DNA from: Bacteroidales bacterium
GTDB taxonomy: Bacteria; Bacteroidota; Bacteroidia; Bacteroidales; JAGONC01
Length of the DNA: 64,000 bases
Assembly (NCBI GenBank): GCA_035342335.1
Contig: DAOQWY010000007.1
Location: 38,162 to 102,161, forward strand
Direction of reading: 5' to 3'
Positions 26,200-36,557 of the stretch are shown here, in pieces (position 1 is the stretch's first letter; the number at the start of each line of letters is the position of its first letter). The position numbers and the translations under genes were made by a program. The notes beneath the pieces were generated by a model. That model was not told the origin of the DNA. It worked only from the letters and a program-made list of their open reading frames with translations, and made no database searches.

Positions 26200-28245
26200 T
26201 TACGATGTTTTCGCCGCCTTCAAAGGTATTTTGACCAGAATGTAGCCGATGATCAGCAGGATAACGATGCCTGCCAGGTAGCTCGGGTGTGCAAAGATGG
26301 CCGGCGGGAACATATTTCCGACGGCGAAGATTGCAAAGAGCAGTCCTACGAGCGCTTCCCCGGCAATCAGTCCGGATGCGAGCAGAACGCCGGTGTTTTC
26401 TGCAGTTGTTAGCTGACTGGCTGAAAATCCTTTCTTTTTGGTAAAGTAGTCAACGATGCCTTTGATGAGGCCCCCTATGAAGATGGCGAAGGTAGTTTCC
26501 AGGGGCAGGTACATTCCGACACAGACCAGCATGGGGCTTTTGACCTGTGCCAGGATGAATGCAAATCCCATCAGCATCCCGGCGATGATCAGCGGCCAGG
26601 CCATATTGCCGCCCACGATGCCCTGGGAGAGCAGGGCCATCAGGTTGGCCTGCGGTGCGGACAGTTTGGTACTTCCAAATCCCCCCTCGTATCCTTCCAC
26701 CGCTCCTTTGGCGATATCGCCGTCGTTGAGGAAACGCAGCACGAAGAACATTACGGCGGCGGAGATGACCACACCCAGAATGTCGCCAACCTGCATCCGC
26801 CAGGGAGTACCTCCCAGGATATGCCCTGCTTTAAGGTCCTGCAGCATTTCACCTGCAACAGCTGCACCCACGCAGACAATGGCCGCGACGCCAAGGGTGG
26901 TGGCCACTCCTTCCTGACCGTGAACGCCTAACAGTACCATGATCAGTGCAGTGACTACCAGGGCGGTCAGCGTCAGGCCGCTGATCGGGTTATTGCTCGA
27001 TCCCATGATACCGACCAGGTAACCGGAAACAGCCGCAAAGAAGAATGCCAGGATGATCAGGATGGTGGCTGCCACGATGGCCACAAGAAAGTCGGCGTGG
27101 AAGATGAATTTGGTCACCAGGAAGGTCACGATGGCTACGGCGATGATGCCAAGGATGATCCAGTTGAAACGCAGGTCTTTTTCCGTACGCGGAACGTTCA
27201 GTTCAATTCCCTTGGCCGCTTTCCGCACATCGCCCACTGAGCGTTTCAGACCGGCACCCAGGCTGGCCCTCATTCGGTACAAGGTGAACACGGCGCTGAC
27301 CAGCATCCCTCCGATGGCGATCGGACGGACAATGAAACGCCACACTTTATAGGCAGTATCCACCCAGGCTTTATCGATCGCCGCCGCACCGGATAAGGAT
27401 GGATCTGCGGCCATAAACGAAGAAGCAATGGCCTGGATGTCAAAACCGGGAGCCAGGAAATACAGGATCATCGGTGTTAGCAATCCCCAGGCGAGCAGCG
27501 TTCCCGAGAAGTTCAGCGCCGCCAGCTTTGGCCCTATGATGTAGCCGACGCCAAGGTAAGCAGGAGCTATTCCCGGAGAGCCCATCATCATGCCTCCCTG
27601 ACCCGAAAAACTGGTTCCGGTGATGAGTTGCTTTGAAAATGTGAAAAACTTTTCCCAGTATGTTGAAAAAAGTTTGAATTCGCCGAGGGCTTTGATCAGA
27701 CCACCCACGCCCATGGCTGCAAAAAGATAACTGGATCCGCGGCTGGCCTTTTGTCCTGATTTGTGGATCTCAGCAGCAGCAATGGATTCCGGAAAGACCA
27801 GTTCAGTGTCTTCCACCATGACCCTGCGCAACAGAGCCACAAACATGATCCCCAGAATGCCGCCGGCAATGAGGATGATCGTGGTGGTTCCGTAGGTGAA
27901 GAAATCCTCCGCTGGAATACCCTGACGCTGTGAATCCAGGTACACGATGTAAAAAGCAGGAATGGTGAAAATGGCTCCTGCTGCAACGGATTCACCTATG
28001 GACCCCACCGTACGGGTGAAATTTTCTTCCAGAATGGTCCCCCGCATGGCTTTGATCAGCGCCATGCCAATTACAGCGGCCGGATAGGTGGCTGCAATCG
28101 TCATCCCTGCTTTCAGTCCCAGGTAGGCATTTGCAGCCCCAAGGACGACAGCCAGTATCAGACCGATGACCAGAGCCCGGATGGTGAACTCCTTCATGTT
28201 GGTCTCCGCAGATACAAATGGTACATACTTACGTTGTTCTGACAT
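26200..28245 (-). CDS. OPT family oligopeptide transporter
   Basis: 681 aa with about 16 TM helices. N-terminal EFTIRALVIGLILAVVLGAANAYLGLKAGMTIAATYPAAV, and later SSNNPISGLTLTALV and MLQDLKAGHILGGTPW, are characteristic bacterial OPT motifs. Confidence 0.85.
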   Translation of the reverse strand: MSEQRKYVPFVSAETNMKEFTIRALVIGLILAVVLGAANAYLGLKAGMTIAATYPAAVIGMALIKAMRGTILEENFTRTVGSIGESVAAGAIFTIPAFYIVYLDSQRQGIPAEDFFTYGTTTIILIAGGILGIMFVALLRRVMVEDTELVFPESIAAAEIHKSGQKASRGSSYLFAAMGVGGLIKALGEFKLFSTYWEKFFTFSKQLITGTSFSGQGGMMMGSPGIAPAYLGVGYIIGPKLAALNFSGTLLAWGLLTPMILYFLAPGFDIQAIASSFMAADPSLSGAAAIDKAWVDTAYKVWRFIVRPIAIGGMLVSAVFTLYRMRASLGAGLKRSVGDVRKAAKGIELNVPRTEKDLRFNWIILGIIAVAIVTFLVTKFIFHADFLVAIVAATILIILAFFFAAVSGYLVGIMGSSNNPISGLTLTALVVTALIMVLLGVHGQEGVATTLGVAAIVCVGAAVAGEMLQDLKAGHILGGTPWRMQVGDILGVVISAAVMFFVLRFLNDGDIAKGAVEGYEGGFGSTKLSAPQANLMALLSQGIVGGNMAWPLIIAGMLMGFAFILAQVKSPMLVCVGMYLPLETTFAIFIGGLIKGIVDYFTKKKGFSASQLTTAENTGVLLASGLIAGEALVGLLFAIFAVGNMFPPAIFAHPSYLAGIVILLIIGYILVKIPLKAAKTS

Positions 28246-28341
28246 AGGTTTGGATTTTAATGAGAACGATTTGACCAGGCTAAATAAGGAAAAAATATTG
28301 ACATGACAAAGTGTTGGCTGAATGTGAAGTTACAGGTTGCA

Positions 28342-28965
28342 TCAAAAGGGTATGTGGATGATCTTTTTTTCCCGGAAATAGGGCTCACTGAAAAACGAAT
28401 CAATTTCGTAAACGCTATAGGGCCTGTTTAACCGGCTCATCTCCCCGGCAACGTCCCCTCCTTTTAAATAAAGGATCCCGTTTGCGAGCAAACCGGATCC
28501 ACCCTTGATCCCCTTATTCACGCACCACACCAGGAATTCAGGCAATGCAGCTACAGCGCGGCAAACAATGAAATCATACTGCTCATCAAGGTTCTCGATC
28601 CGGGTGTTCCGGGTGGTGACATTTCCAATTCCGGTTTCCTTGACGATATGATCAACCACCCTGATCTTTTTACCAATGGAATCCACCAGATGGAACTGTA
28701 CCTCCGGGAACAGGATCGCCAGCGGAATGCCAGGGAAGCCCCCTCCGGTTCCGGCATCCAGGATCCGAGTTAATGATTTGAAGCTCATTATCTTAGCGAT
28801 ACTGAGTGAATGTAAGACGTGATGAAGATAGAGGTTCTCGGCGTCCCGGCGGGAAATGACATTGATCCGCGCGTTCCAGAAGGCGTAAAGGGGATGCAAT
28901 TGCGAAAATTGCTCCTGCTGATGCGCACTGATCCCCGGGAAATATTTCAGGATGATCTCCATCAC
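28342..28965 (-). CDS. rsmG: 16S rRNA (guanine527-N7)-methyltransferase
   Basis: WNARINVISRRD..., the SAM motif ILDAGTGGGFPGIPLAI, and VDSIGKKI. 207 aa. Confidence 0.85.
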   Translation of the reverse strand: MMEIILKYFPGISAHQQEQFSQLHPLYAFWNARINVISRRDAENLYLHHVLHSLSIAKIMSFKSLTRILDAGTGGGFPGIPLAILFPEVQFHLVDSIGKKIRVVDHIVKETGIGNVTTRNTRIENLDEQYDFIVCRAVAALPEFLVWCVNKGIKGGSGLLANGILYLKGGDVAGEMSRLNRPYSVYEIDSFFSEPYFREKKIIHIPF

Positions 28966-29091
28966 AACCTGGATCTCTTTGCCTCGAAAATGGAACTGCT
29001 CTGCCGGGCGAAAGTAGGATTTTTTATTTTATGAACAACTGCCTGTAGAAAACAATCCGTGCCCATTTCTTTTTGGATGGACCGGAACCAA

Positions 29092-29099
29092 TATTTTTG
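29092..29099 (+). promoter_or_regulatory. candidate -7 box TATTTTTG upstream of the glucosaminidase/LysM gene
   Basis: TAnnTTTG match 21 nt upstream of the ATG at 29121. It lies inside the longer track ORF and supports the shorter start. Confidence 0.4.
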
Positions 29100-29120
29100 T
29101 TCGGATTGATCAACCAGGCA

Positions 29121-30098
29121 ATGAAAAAAATATTGGCGCTTTTTTTCCTGTGGAGCCTGACCCCGGCATCCCTGTTTTCGCAATCCAGCCAGAGGATGAC
29201 CGCGGAGGAGTACATCCGGAGATACAGAATTATGGCGATCCACGAAATGAACACGCACCGCATACCGGCAAGCATTACCCTTGCCCAGGGTTTGCTGGAA
29301 ACAGATAACGGAAACAGTGAACTTGCCCGTCTGGCCCATAACCACTTTGGCATAAAATGCAAAAATGACTGGACGGGACAGGTCTATTACAAGGATGATG
29401 ACGCCGGGAATGAATGCTTCCGAAAATATGACTCGCCCTATGAATCCTATGCAGATCATTCGGTTTTTCTATCCACCCGGGAGAGGTATCGTTTTTTATT
29501 CGACCTGGAAATGACAGATTACGCTGGTTGGGCGAAGGGCCTGAAGTCGGCCGGTTACGCCACCAATCCGGAATATGCCGGTAGACTGATCAGGCTGATT
29601 GAAGCTTATTCCCTTGATGAACTTGATGATCAATATGTTCCAGGTAAAATTCTGATCATTAACGGAATGCCAATGGATACGGATACCCCTGTCGTCATGC
29701 AGCTGGCAGTTACCGATAGCATTGAATCGCGAAGCTTTGAGTCCACCTTTCGGAAGATCTATGAAAACAATGGTGTAAAGCTCATCTTTGCCTTGAAAAA
29801 TGACTCTTATTACCAGATTGCCCGTGATTTTGGAATATATTCTTACCAGATACCCAACTACAATGAGCTTCCCAAAAGGGGATCTCTCGTGGAAGGTCAG
29901 GTCATTTACCTTGAAAAGAAAAAGAAAAGATCGGATTACGACTATCATTTGGTGAAAGAGGATCAAACATTACATTCGATCGCGCAGCAGTACGCCGTTC
30001 GCTCTAAGTCGCTGCGAAAGCTGAACCTGATGAGGAAAGCGGATCACCCGGGCACCGGCCGGATCCTGAGGCTGAACCCCGATGTGCCTTTACCCTGA
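29121..30098 (+). CDS. glucosaminidase (mannosyl-glycoprotein endo-beta-N-acetylglucosaminidase) domain protein with C-terminal LysM
   Basis: Start moved to the ATG at 29121 (MKKILALFFLWSL signal peptide), with a TATTTTTG -7 box 21 nt upstream. IPASITLAQGLLETDNGNSELARLAHNHFGIKC is glucosaminidase. YHLVKEDQTLHSIAQQYAVRSKSLRKLN is LysM. Confidence 0.8.
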   Translation: MKKILALFFLWSLTPASLFSQSSQRMTAEEYIRRYRIMAIHEMNTHRIPASITLAQGLLETDNGNSELARLAHNHFGIKCKNDWTGQVYYKDDDAGNECFRKYDSPYESYADHSVFLSTRERYRFLFDLEMTDYAGWAKGLKSAGYATNPEYAGRLIRLIEAYSLDELDDQYVPGKILIINGMPMDTDTPVVMQLAVTDSIESRSFESTFRKIYENNGVKLIFALKNDSYYQIARDFGIYSYQIPNYNELPKRGSLVEGQVIYLEKKKKRSDYDYHLVKEDQTLHSIAQQYAVRSKSLRKLNLMRKADHPGTGRILRLNPDVPLP

Positions 30099-30117
30099 GG
30101 GGTAACCCTCTGTTTTC
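30097..30117 (+). terminator. weak candidate intrinsic terminator GAGGG-GTAA-CCCTC followed by TGTTTTC
   Basis: 5-bp GC-rich stem overlapping the glucosaminidase stop codon, followed by a T-rich run. It lies in the 22-nt convergent spacer with rnhB. Confidence 0.3.
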
Positions 30118-30120
30118 ATT

Positions 30121-30717
30121 CTAAAACGTCAGTTTGAGTTGTTCTTTACAGTGAAAGGTCAACCGGTGTTCCGGCGACAGACCTGCTTGCCGGATCGCTT
30201 TTTTGTGGAAGGCCGTTGGATAGCCCTTGTTGTCGTCCCAATGATAAACCGGGTAGGAGGCATGCAGGGTTTGCATGTATTCATCCCTGAAGACTTTCGC
30301 CAGAACGGAAGCCGCCGCAATGGACATATAGATGCTGTCGCCCTTTACGATGCAAACATATGGAATGTCTTCATATCTCCTGAACCTGTTGCCGTCGATC
30401 AGAAGAAATCCGGGCCTTGGCACGAGTGATTGAAGGGCCCTGTGCATGGCAAGGAAGGAAGCCTGAAGTATGTTCATTTGATCGATTTCCTGTGGAGTGG
30501 AAAACGCCACCGACCATGCGACCGCATCGGAAAGAATTTCGTCACGAAGCGTTTGCCGTTTTTTTGCTGACAGCTTTTTTGAATCATTCAGGTCGTCATT
30601 ACGGTATCCTTTCGGTAAGATCACTGCTGCAGCATAAACAGGTCCTGCCAGGCAGCCACGCCCTGCTTCGTCGCAACCTGCTTCCGGAAGGTCATCCGAA
30701 AAATGACTGATGAGCAT
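30121..30717 (-). CDS. rnhB: ribonuclease HII
   Basis: [28 protein letters not shown] and LIDGN are RNase HII motifs. Confidence 0.9.
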   Translation of the reverse strand: MLISHFSDDLPEAGCDEAGRGCLAGPVYAAAVILPKGYRNDDLNDSKKLSAKKRQTLRDEILSDAVAWSVAFSTPQEIDQMNILQASFLAMHRALQSLVPRPGFLLIDGNRFRRYEDIPYVCIVKGDSIYMSIAAASVLAKVFRDEYMQTLHASYPVYHWDDNKGYPTAFHKKAIRQAGLSPEHRLTFHCKEQLKLTF

Positions 30718-30729
30718 ATTGAATCCCCT

Positions 30730-31740
30730 TTATGCTTCGATCCTGAAAAAAAGCTTTATGGCAGCAATCAGGATGATGAGAATGGTAAAGCTTAACTCCG
30801 CTACGGCTATCCGTCGGATACCCGAAAAGAAGTAGGCGGTCAGAATGCCTGCAGGCACCGCAAGCACACAGGCGTGGATCAGCAAATGTTCACCGGCCCA
30901 GAAAAAACTGATCATGCTGATGATCGTCCAGTAGATGATCACATTCATTCTCTTTCTTACCGTAATAACCTTCTCCGTTGTTTCAAGCGATATTTTGAAC
31001 AACCCGATGATCACCAGCAGTACAACCACGATTCCCAAAACCAGGTATATTTCCCCGAGCCAGGGTTTCATCGGCCCGAACGTGAAGGGGATGAATCGGA
31101 ACATGATCCGGACATAATCTTCCAGAAATACCCCGAAAGAATCTGTCCAGTAATAGTAAAAGGCCACAAAGACGTAAGGTGCAATCAGCCCGCTGATGGT
31201 GATGATCCACTCGCGGAGGGAAGAAATCCGGTAAATGATCAGGCTGAGCCAGAACAGGATCAAAAAGATCAGGGAAGGGAGGTAAAAAAGCGAGGCAACG
31301 GATATCAGGAAGGTTCCATTGAATATTTCTTTATAGGGCTCCGGTTTCAGGTAGATGCTCATATTCACGTTCAATGACAGGATCAGAAACAGGTTGGCCA
31401 TCAGAACGGGATTTACCGTCTGCACGACAGGAGAATAACTCATCCACGTGAAATAGATCAGATAGGGTAAAAGTATCGTTCTTGCAATGATTTTATGATT
31501 GATCATGGATGAATTTAAAATTACAGCCTCCGCCACAACCAACAGGAAGGCGATGATGACCTGAAGGATGGCCGGAATTTTTTCCAGAAGAATGACCAGT
31601 CCTGAATATAACGGTGTTTGAAACGACAACCGGGAAGCCTCCTGGGGAAAGATAAAGGCATCCACCCACAGCAGGATGCTGAAAAGGGAAAAGACAATGA
31701 CCTGACTGTTAAATTGTTTCCTGTAAAAATGGATGATCAT
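30730..31740 (-). CDS. polytopic membrane protein of unknown function
   Basis: 336 aa, about 9-10 hydrophobic helices, no catalytic motif recognised. Its ATG overlaps the purD stop (ATGA). Confidence 0.5.
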   Translation of the reverse strand: MIIHFYRKQFNSQVIVFSLFSILLWVDAFIFPQEASRLSFQTPLYSGLVILLEKIPAILQVIIAFLLVVAEAVILNSSMINHKIIARTILLPYLIYFTWMSYSPVVQTVNPVLMANLFLILSLNVNMSIYLKPEPYKEIFNGTFLISVASLFYLPSLIFLILFWLSLIIYRISSLREWIITISGLIAPYVFVAFYYYWTDSFGVFLEDYVRIMFRFIPFTFGPMKPWLGEIYLVLGIVVVLLVIIGLFKISLETTEKVITVRKRMNVIIYWTIISMISFFWAGEHLLIHACVLAVPAGILTAYFFSGIRRIAVAELSFTILIILIAAIKLFFRIEA

Positions 31741-33032
31741 CTCATTACTTCGTTAAGTAAGTCATTTCCGATATCCGTTCGGAAGTACATGCCGTCGAAA
31801 GCGATGATGCGGGCATTTTTATAGGATAGGGCCAGGGCCTGTTCAAGCGTGTCACCCATTGTGGACACAGCCAGCACCCTTCCTCCGTTTGTGCGGATCT
31901 CACCCGGGTCCGGCCCCGGGGATGTCCCGGCATGGAACAGGATACAACCGGATACGTCACCTGTGTGGTGTATCGGTTTTCCTTTTTCATAAGGCCCCGG
32001 ATATCCTTTTGAGGCGATCATTACGGTTGCACATACCCGGGGATCAATTTCAACCGTTGTTTCAGCCAGCCTTCCGCTGGCAGTGGCTTCAAAAAGCTCA
32101 AGCAGGTCGGTTTTCAGGCGGGGCAGGATGGCTTCCGTTTCCGGATCTCCCATCCTTACGTTGTATTCGATCAGGTAGGGTTCGTTGTTTGTCTTGATCA
32201 GCCCGAAAAAGAGAAATCCGGAATAGGGAATGTTTTCCGTGAGGAGTCCCTGGATGGTGGGCCGGATGATCCTGTCTTCCAATTTCTTTTTGAACGCATC
32301 ATCGGCAAAGGGCACAGGTGAGACGGAGCCCATGCCTCCTGTGTTGGGGCCGGTATCCCCGTCACCGATTCGTTTGTAGTCTTTGGCCTCGGGCAATATG
32401 CGGTAACTGGTGCCGTCGGTGATGACGAAGGCAGACAGTTCGATGCCCTGCAGGAATTCTTCGATCAGCACCCTGTGACTGGCATCTCCGAATTTTTCAT
32501 GGATGAGCATTGCATCAAGTTCGCGGAGGGCTTCCCCGGTATCCTGGCAGATCAGGACTCCTTTTCCGGCTGCCAGTCCATCCGCTTTTAAAACGTACGG
32601 CGGACGGCTGGTCTGGATAAAATGCCGCGCCTCTTCCAGGTGCTCCCGGTCGAACATCCTGCTGGCGGCTGTGGGTATTCCGTGCCGGCGCATGAACTCC
32701 TTGGCGAACACTTTGCTGCCTTCCAGACGCGCTCCGGCAGCTGCAGGTCCGATCACCCTGACATCCCGTGTCAGAGGATCGTTCCCGATGAAATCAGCGA
32801 TTCCTTCAACAAGGGGTGCTTCCGGACCAACCACCACCATCGTGATGTTCTGCTGGTGAACAAACTGAACGATCCGTTCGAAATCACTGACGGCCATCGG
32901 GACATTGGTTCCCACAAGAGCTGTCCCCGCATTGCCCGGAGCGATGAAAAGGTGACCGAGTTGCTTGCTCTGTGCCATTTTCCAGGCAAGAGCATGTTCA
33001 CGGCCTCCGGACCCTAACAGCAAAACGTTCAT
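31737..33032 (-). CDS. purD: phosphoribosylamine--glycine ligase
   Basis: MNVLLLGSGGREHALAWK, APGNAG, LKADGLAAGKGV and EYNVRMGDPETE are PurD motifs. Confidence 0.9.
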   Translation of the reverse strand: MNVLLLGSGGREHALAWKMAQSKQLGHLFIAPGNAGTALVGTNVPMAVSDFERIVQFVHQQNITMVVVGPEAPLVEGIADFIGNDPLTRDVRVIGPAAAGARLEGSKVFAKEFMRRHGIPTAASRMFDREHLEEARHFIQTSRPPYVLKADGLAAGKGVLICQDTGEALRELDAMLIHEKFGDASHRVLIEEFLQGIELSAFVITDGTSYRILPEAKDYKRIGDGDTGPNTGGMGSVSPVPFADDAFKKKLEDRIIRPTIQGLLTENIPYSGFLFFGLIKTNNEPYLIEYNVRMGDPETEAILPRLKTDLLELFEATASGRLAETTVEIDPRVCATVMIASKGYPGPYEKGKPIHHTGDVSGCILFHAGTSPGPDPGEIRTNGGRVLAVSTMGDTLEQALALSYKNARIIAFDGMYFRTDIGNDLLNEVMR

Positions 33033-34174
33033 AGATCACGGATTTGAGTGTCATGAAGTGCTTTTTCGATTGTTGACCACAGCAGTGCAGCGGTTTTGTC
33101 CCAGGAGAATTTATTTCCCTGTTCACTTCCTCTGGCAACCAGTTCCTTCCTTAAATCCGGTTCGTGAAAGATGCGCATCAATGCCTCGGTGATCTGGTCG
33201 GGTGAAAAGGGGTCTACCAGCAGCGCTGCATCGCCGGCAACTTCAGGCAGGGAGGTGGTGTTGGAAGCGATGACAGGCGTGTGGCAGGCAAAAGCTTCCA
33301 CAACTGGAATTCCAAACCCCTCGAAATAAGAAACGTACGTGAGCGCAAGTGCGGAGGCCAGCATACGGTGAAGCTCCTCAAGGGCCACCCGCCCGGTGAA
33401 GATCACATCGCTTTTATGAGTCATTGATTCGTAAGCCTGGCGCATGGAGGAAGTCCACCACATTTTGGCACCGACGATCAATAATTTACACGGTGAATCG
33501 ACGCGCTCTTTGAAATGGTCAAATGCGGTGAACAGGGAAGCAAGGTTCTTTCGCGGATGAAGCGCTCCAATGAAGATGAAGTAGGGCACGCCGCCTGTGT
33601 ATTCATCCCTCACGCTCTGCTGCTGCCTTTCGTCCAGCGGACAAAAGACGGTATTGGCGCCGTTGTAGACCACATCGATTTTTTCCGGGGAAACGCCATA
33701 GCGTTCGGCAATATCGCCTTTCGAATAGGACGAAACAGTGGCTAACCGGACTGCCTTTCGGGCAAAGCGCGGGAAAAAGTTCCGGTAGTACCGGCTCACC
33801 TGTTTTGGGAGATCCTCGGGATAATGTTCGAAATTCAGGTCGTGGATGACATCCACGCAAGGTACAGATGTGGACAGTGAAAGGAATCCGTCGGGCGAAA
33901 CGAACAGGTCGGGTTTGATCTTGCGGAGCATGCCGGGTACGGAGACCTCGAACCAGATCGTATAAAGGAGCACATGCCGTGCAGGAGGACGAACGACAAC
34001 TGGGATCACATTGCCGGAGAATAGGAAGGATTCATCATAGGAACGGTCGAACAGAAAGTAAAACTCGTGCTCGGGATGCTGCTGTGTGATCCTTTTGAAC
34101 GACTCACAGGTGAACCAGCCTATGCCGTCAAGTTTGTTCTTTATTAACAGCCGGGTATTTACGGCGATCTTCAC
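33029..34174 (-). CDS. glycosyltransferase family 4
   Basis: YVSYFEGFGIPVVEAFACHTPVIASNTTSLPEVAGDAALLVDP is the GT4 E-x7-E region. GTG start. Its stop overlaps the purD start (ATGA). Confidence 0.8.
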   Translation of the reverse strand: MKIAVNTRLLIKNKLDGIGWFTCESFKRITQQHPEHEFYFLFDRSYDESFLFSGNVIPVVVRPPARHVLLYTIWFEVSVPGMLRKIKPDLFVSPDGFLSLSTSVPCVDVIHDLNFEHYPEDLPKQVSRYYRNFFPRFARKAVRLATVSSYSKGDIAERYGVSPEKIDVVYNGANTVFCPLDERQQQSVRDEYTGGVPYFIFIGALHPRKNLASLFTAFDHFKERVDSPCKLLIVGAKMWWTSSMRQAYESMTHKSDVIFTGRVALEELHRMLASALALTYVSYFEGFGIPVVEAFACHTPVIASNTTSLPEVAGDAALLVDPFSPDQITEALMRIFHEPDLRKELVARGSEQGNKFSWDKTAALLWSTIEKALHDTQIRDL

Positions 34175-34226
34175 GTAATATTGAGGTTAAGAGGAAATTA
34201 TTACGGCGAACAGATGAATATTATGG

Positions 34227-34234
34227 TAAATTTG
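34227..34234 (+). promoter_or_regulatory. candidate -7 box TAAATTTG upstream of the FkbM/flippase/Wzz/ligase gene run
   Basis: TAnnTTTG match 20 nt upstream of the ATG at 34255. Confidence 0.4.
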
Positions 34235-34254
34235 CGGCAAATATCTGAATTTTA

Positions 34255-34998
34255 ATGAAGGCGTTGATAAAAAAAGTATTGCAAGTTGTGCTGGGTTATC
34301 AGAATTATCTTTTCATTTTCTCCCTCTTTACAATCGTTACGTTACGCTGGAAAAAAGATGAAGGCGATTTTATGCACCTGCTCAGGATCCTGCCCGATGG
34401 TGGGATCATTCTTGACATCGGTGCAAACATCGGGATCATGACAGCGCACCTGGGCCGTAAGTTTCCGGGTTCGGCCATCTACGCCTTCGAACCCGATCCT
34501 CAGAACGTGGTGGCTCTCAAAAGGATCATCCGGTTTTTCGGGATAAAGAATGTCACCGTAGTTGAAACCGCCCTGGGCAACTTTGATGGCGAGGCGCGTA
34601 TGCGGAGACCGGTCATTCATTCGGTCAAAATGCAGGGGCTCACCCATGTCGTTACCAGTGACAATGGTTCCCCGGCGAATGAGGAAGGGGATGAATTCGT
34701 TGCCTCCGTGCAGAAACTGGATTCCATTACCGGTTTTTTAACGGATTCATCCAGGATCACGGGGATCAAAATCGATGTGGAGAATTTTGAATATTTTGTA
34801 CTCGAAGGAGCCAGGAAACTGATCAGCATGCATAAACCTGCGATCTACTGCGAGCTCTGGAAAAATGAGCGAAGGCAGTTGGCCATCGGTCTGATGAAAC
34901 AACTGGGTTATTCGGCTTACATTCTCCATCGCAAACAGCTTATGACGATTGATTCGGTCGCCCATGAAAAGGATAATTTTTATTTCCTCCCGGACTAG
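34255..34998 (+). CDS. FkbM family methyltransferase
   Basis: ILDIGANIGIMTAHLGRKFPGSAIYAFEPDPQN and IKIDVENFEYFVLEGA are FkbM-family motifs. Confidence 0.8.
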   Translation: MKALIKKVLQVVLGYQNYLFIFSLFTIVTLRWKKDEGDFMHLLRILPDGGIILDIGANIGIMTAHLGRKFPGSAIYAFEPDPQNVVALKRIIRFFGIKNVTVVETALGNFDGEARMRRPVIHSVKMQGLTHVVTSDNGSPANEEGDEFVASVQKLDSITGFLTDSSRITGIKIDVENFEYFVLEGARKLISMHKPAIYCELWKNERRQLAIGLMKQLGYSAYILHRKQLMTIDSVAHEKDNFYFLPD

Positions 34999-35018
34999 CC
35001 ATCCAGTCTGAACGTGCC

Positions 35019-36473
35019 ATGCAGAAGAAATTTCTTGCCAATCTGATCCTGTTACTTTCCCTGAATCTTCTCATCAAGCCCTTTTATATTTTTGGCATTG
35101 ACCTGACCATCCAGAACCAGGTGGGAACCGATTACGGTCTTTATTTCGTGGTTTTCAACTTTTCTTTTCTCTTCAATATTTTACTGGATTGCGGCATCAC
35201 CAATTTTAACAACCGGAACATTGCCCAGAACAGTCAGCTGTTGCATAAACATTTTTCCAGTATGCTGACTGTCAAATTATTACTTCTCCTGTCTTATTTT
35301 TTTATCACCTTCGGTGCAGCCCTGATCATCGGATACGAGGGAATTAAGCTGCGTTACCTTTTCTTTTTGGGCATCAACCAGTTTTTGATTTCCTTTATCC
35401 TGTACCTCCGTTCAAACGTTTCCGGATTGTTGCTGTTCAGAACCGACAGTTTTTTATCCATTCTTGACCGGGTTTTGTTGATCATCATCTGCGGTGTGCT
35501 TTTATGGAGCCGAGTAGCACCGTCGCCTTTCCGGATAGAATGGTTCATTTATGCGCAGACTGCTTCGTACGGTCTGACCGCGCTGGTCGCCCTGGTGATC
35601 GTGATCAGGAAGGCAGCCTTCCGTAAGCTGACCTGGAACTGGCCTTTCATTGTGTTGATTTTCCGAAAAAGCTTTCCGTTTGCGCTGCTGGTGCTGCTGA
35701 TGACATTTTACAACCGGATCGATCCCGTGATGATCGAACGCTTGCTGTCCTCCTCCCAGGGGAAGGAGCAGGCCACCATTTATGCCTCTTCCTTCAGGAT
35801 ATTGGATGCAGTGAATATGATTGGTTATCTTTTCGCGGTGCTTTTATTGCCCATCTTTGCCAATATGTTAAAGAACAGGGAGCCGGTGGCCCAAATGGTG
35901 AAGTTATCCTTTACCCTGCTGATGGTCGTCGCCCTGATCATCAGCCTGGGATGTCATTTTTACAGCGATCAGGTGATGGAACTTTTAATGGCGGATCATG
36001 CAGAGCAGTCGGCTGACGTTTTTCGTATCATGATGTTTGGATTCATCGCCATTTCGATGAGCTATATTTTTGGTACGCTGCTCACAGCCAACGGAAACCT
36101 GATGCATCTCAATTTGATCGCGGGTGGGAGCATGTTGCTGAGCCTGATCCTGAATCTGATACTCATACCCCGGTATCTTGCTGTTGGAAGTGCCTATGCC
36201 AGTGTCATCACCCAGTTTGTTTCTGCCATCGCCCAGGTGATCCTGGTGCAGCTCGTTTTCAGGTTTAAATGGTCGTTAAGGTTCCTGCTGACCCTGGCAT
36301 TGTTTATTTTAGGACTTGTTGTCATCAACCTGGCTACCCGCTCACTGATCCAACCGTGGGGTTACGCATTCGGGGTCATGGTCACGGCTTCGCTTGGTTA
36401 TGCATTTGCTTTGCGGCTGATCCGTTTTTCTTCTCTCATCGGTATTTTGACGGGTAAGACCACCCAGGCATGA
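35019..36473 (+). CDS. polysaccharide/oligosaccharide flippase (Wzx-like, MOP superfamily)
   Basis: 484 aa with about 12-14 TM helices and no soluble domain. Position between a methyltransferase and chain-length/polymerase-like genes. Confidence 0.65.
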   Translation: MQKKFLANLILLLSLNLLIKPFYIFGIDLTIQNQVGTDYGLYFVVFNFSFLFNILLDCGITNFNNRNIAQNSQLLHKHFSSMLTVKLLLLLSYFFITFGAALIIGYEGIKLRYLFFLGINQFLISFILYLRSNVSGLLLFRTDSFLSILDRVLLIIICGVLLWSRVAPSPFRIEWFIYAQTASYGLTALVALVIVIRKAAFRKLTWNWPFIVLIFRKSFPFALLVLLMTFYNRIDPVMIERLLSSSQGKEQATIYASSFRILDAVNMIGYLFAVLLLPIFANMLKNREPVAQMVKLSFTLLMVVALIISLGCHFYSDQVMELLMADHAEQSADVFRIMMFGFIAISMSYIFGTLLTANGNLMHLNLIAGGSMLLSLILNLILIPRYLAVGSAYASVITQFVSAIAQVILVQLVFRFKWSLRFLLTLALFILGLVVINLATRSLIQPWGYAFGVMVTASLGYAFALRLIRFSSLIGILTGKTTQA

Positions 36474-36524
36474 AAAAGGATTCAGATATTCATCAAATGA
36501 CATTGCATATTTGAAATTTAAGTC

Positions 36525-36532
36525 TATTTTTG
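36525..36532 (+). promoter_or_regulatory. candidate -7 box TATTTTTG upstream of the Wzz-Wzz gene
   Basis: TAnnTTTG match 25 nt upstream of the ATG at 36558. Confidence 0.35.
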
Positions 36533-36557
36533 TTGTCCTTTATAAGTCTTTTTGCAT

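Noticed and set aside
34174-34205. Inverted repeat CGTAATA...TATTACG at the divergent promoter region heading the polysaccharide locus, considered as a possible invertible-promoter (fin-type) switch.
   Set aside because: The arms are only 7 bp and 15 nt apart, far too small to enclose a promoter, and no recombinase gene is nearby. It is more likely a simple hairpin overlapping the GT4 GTG start.
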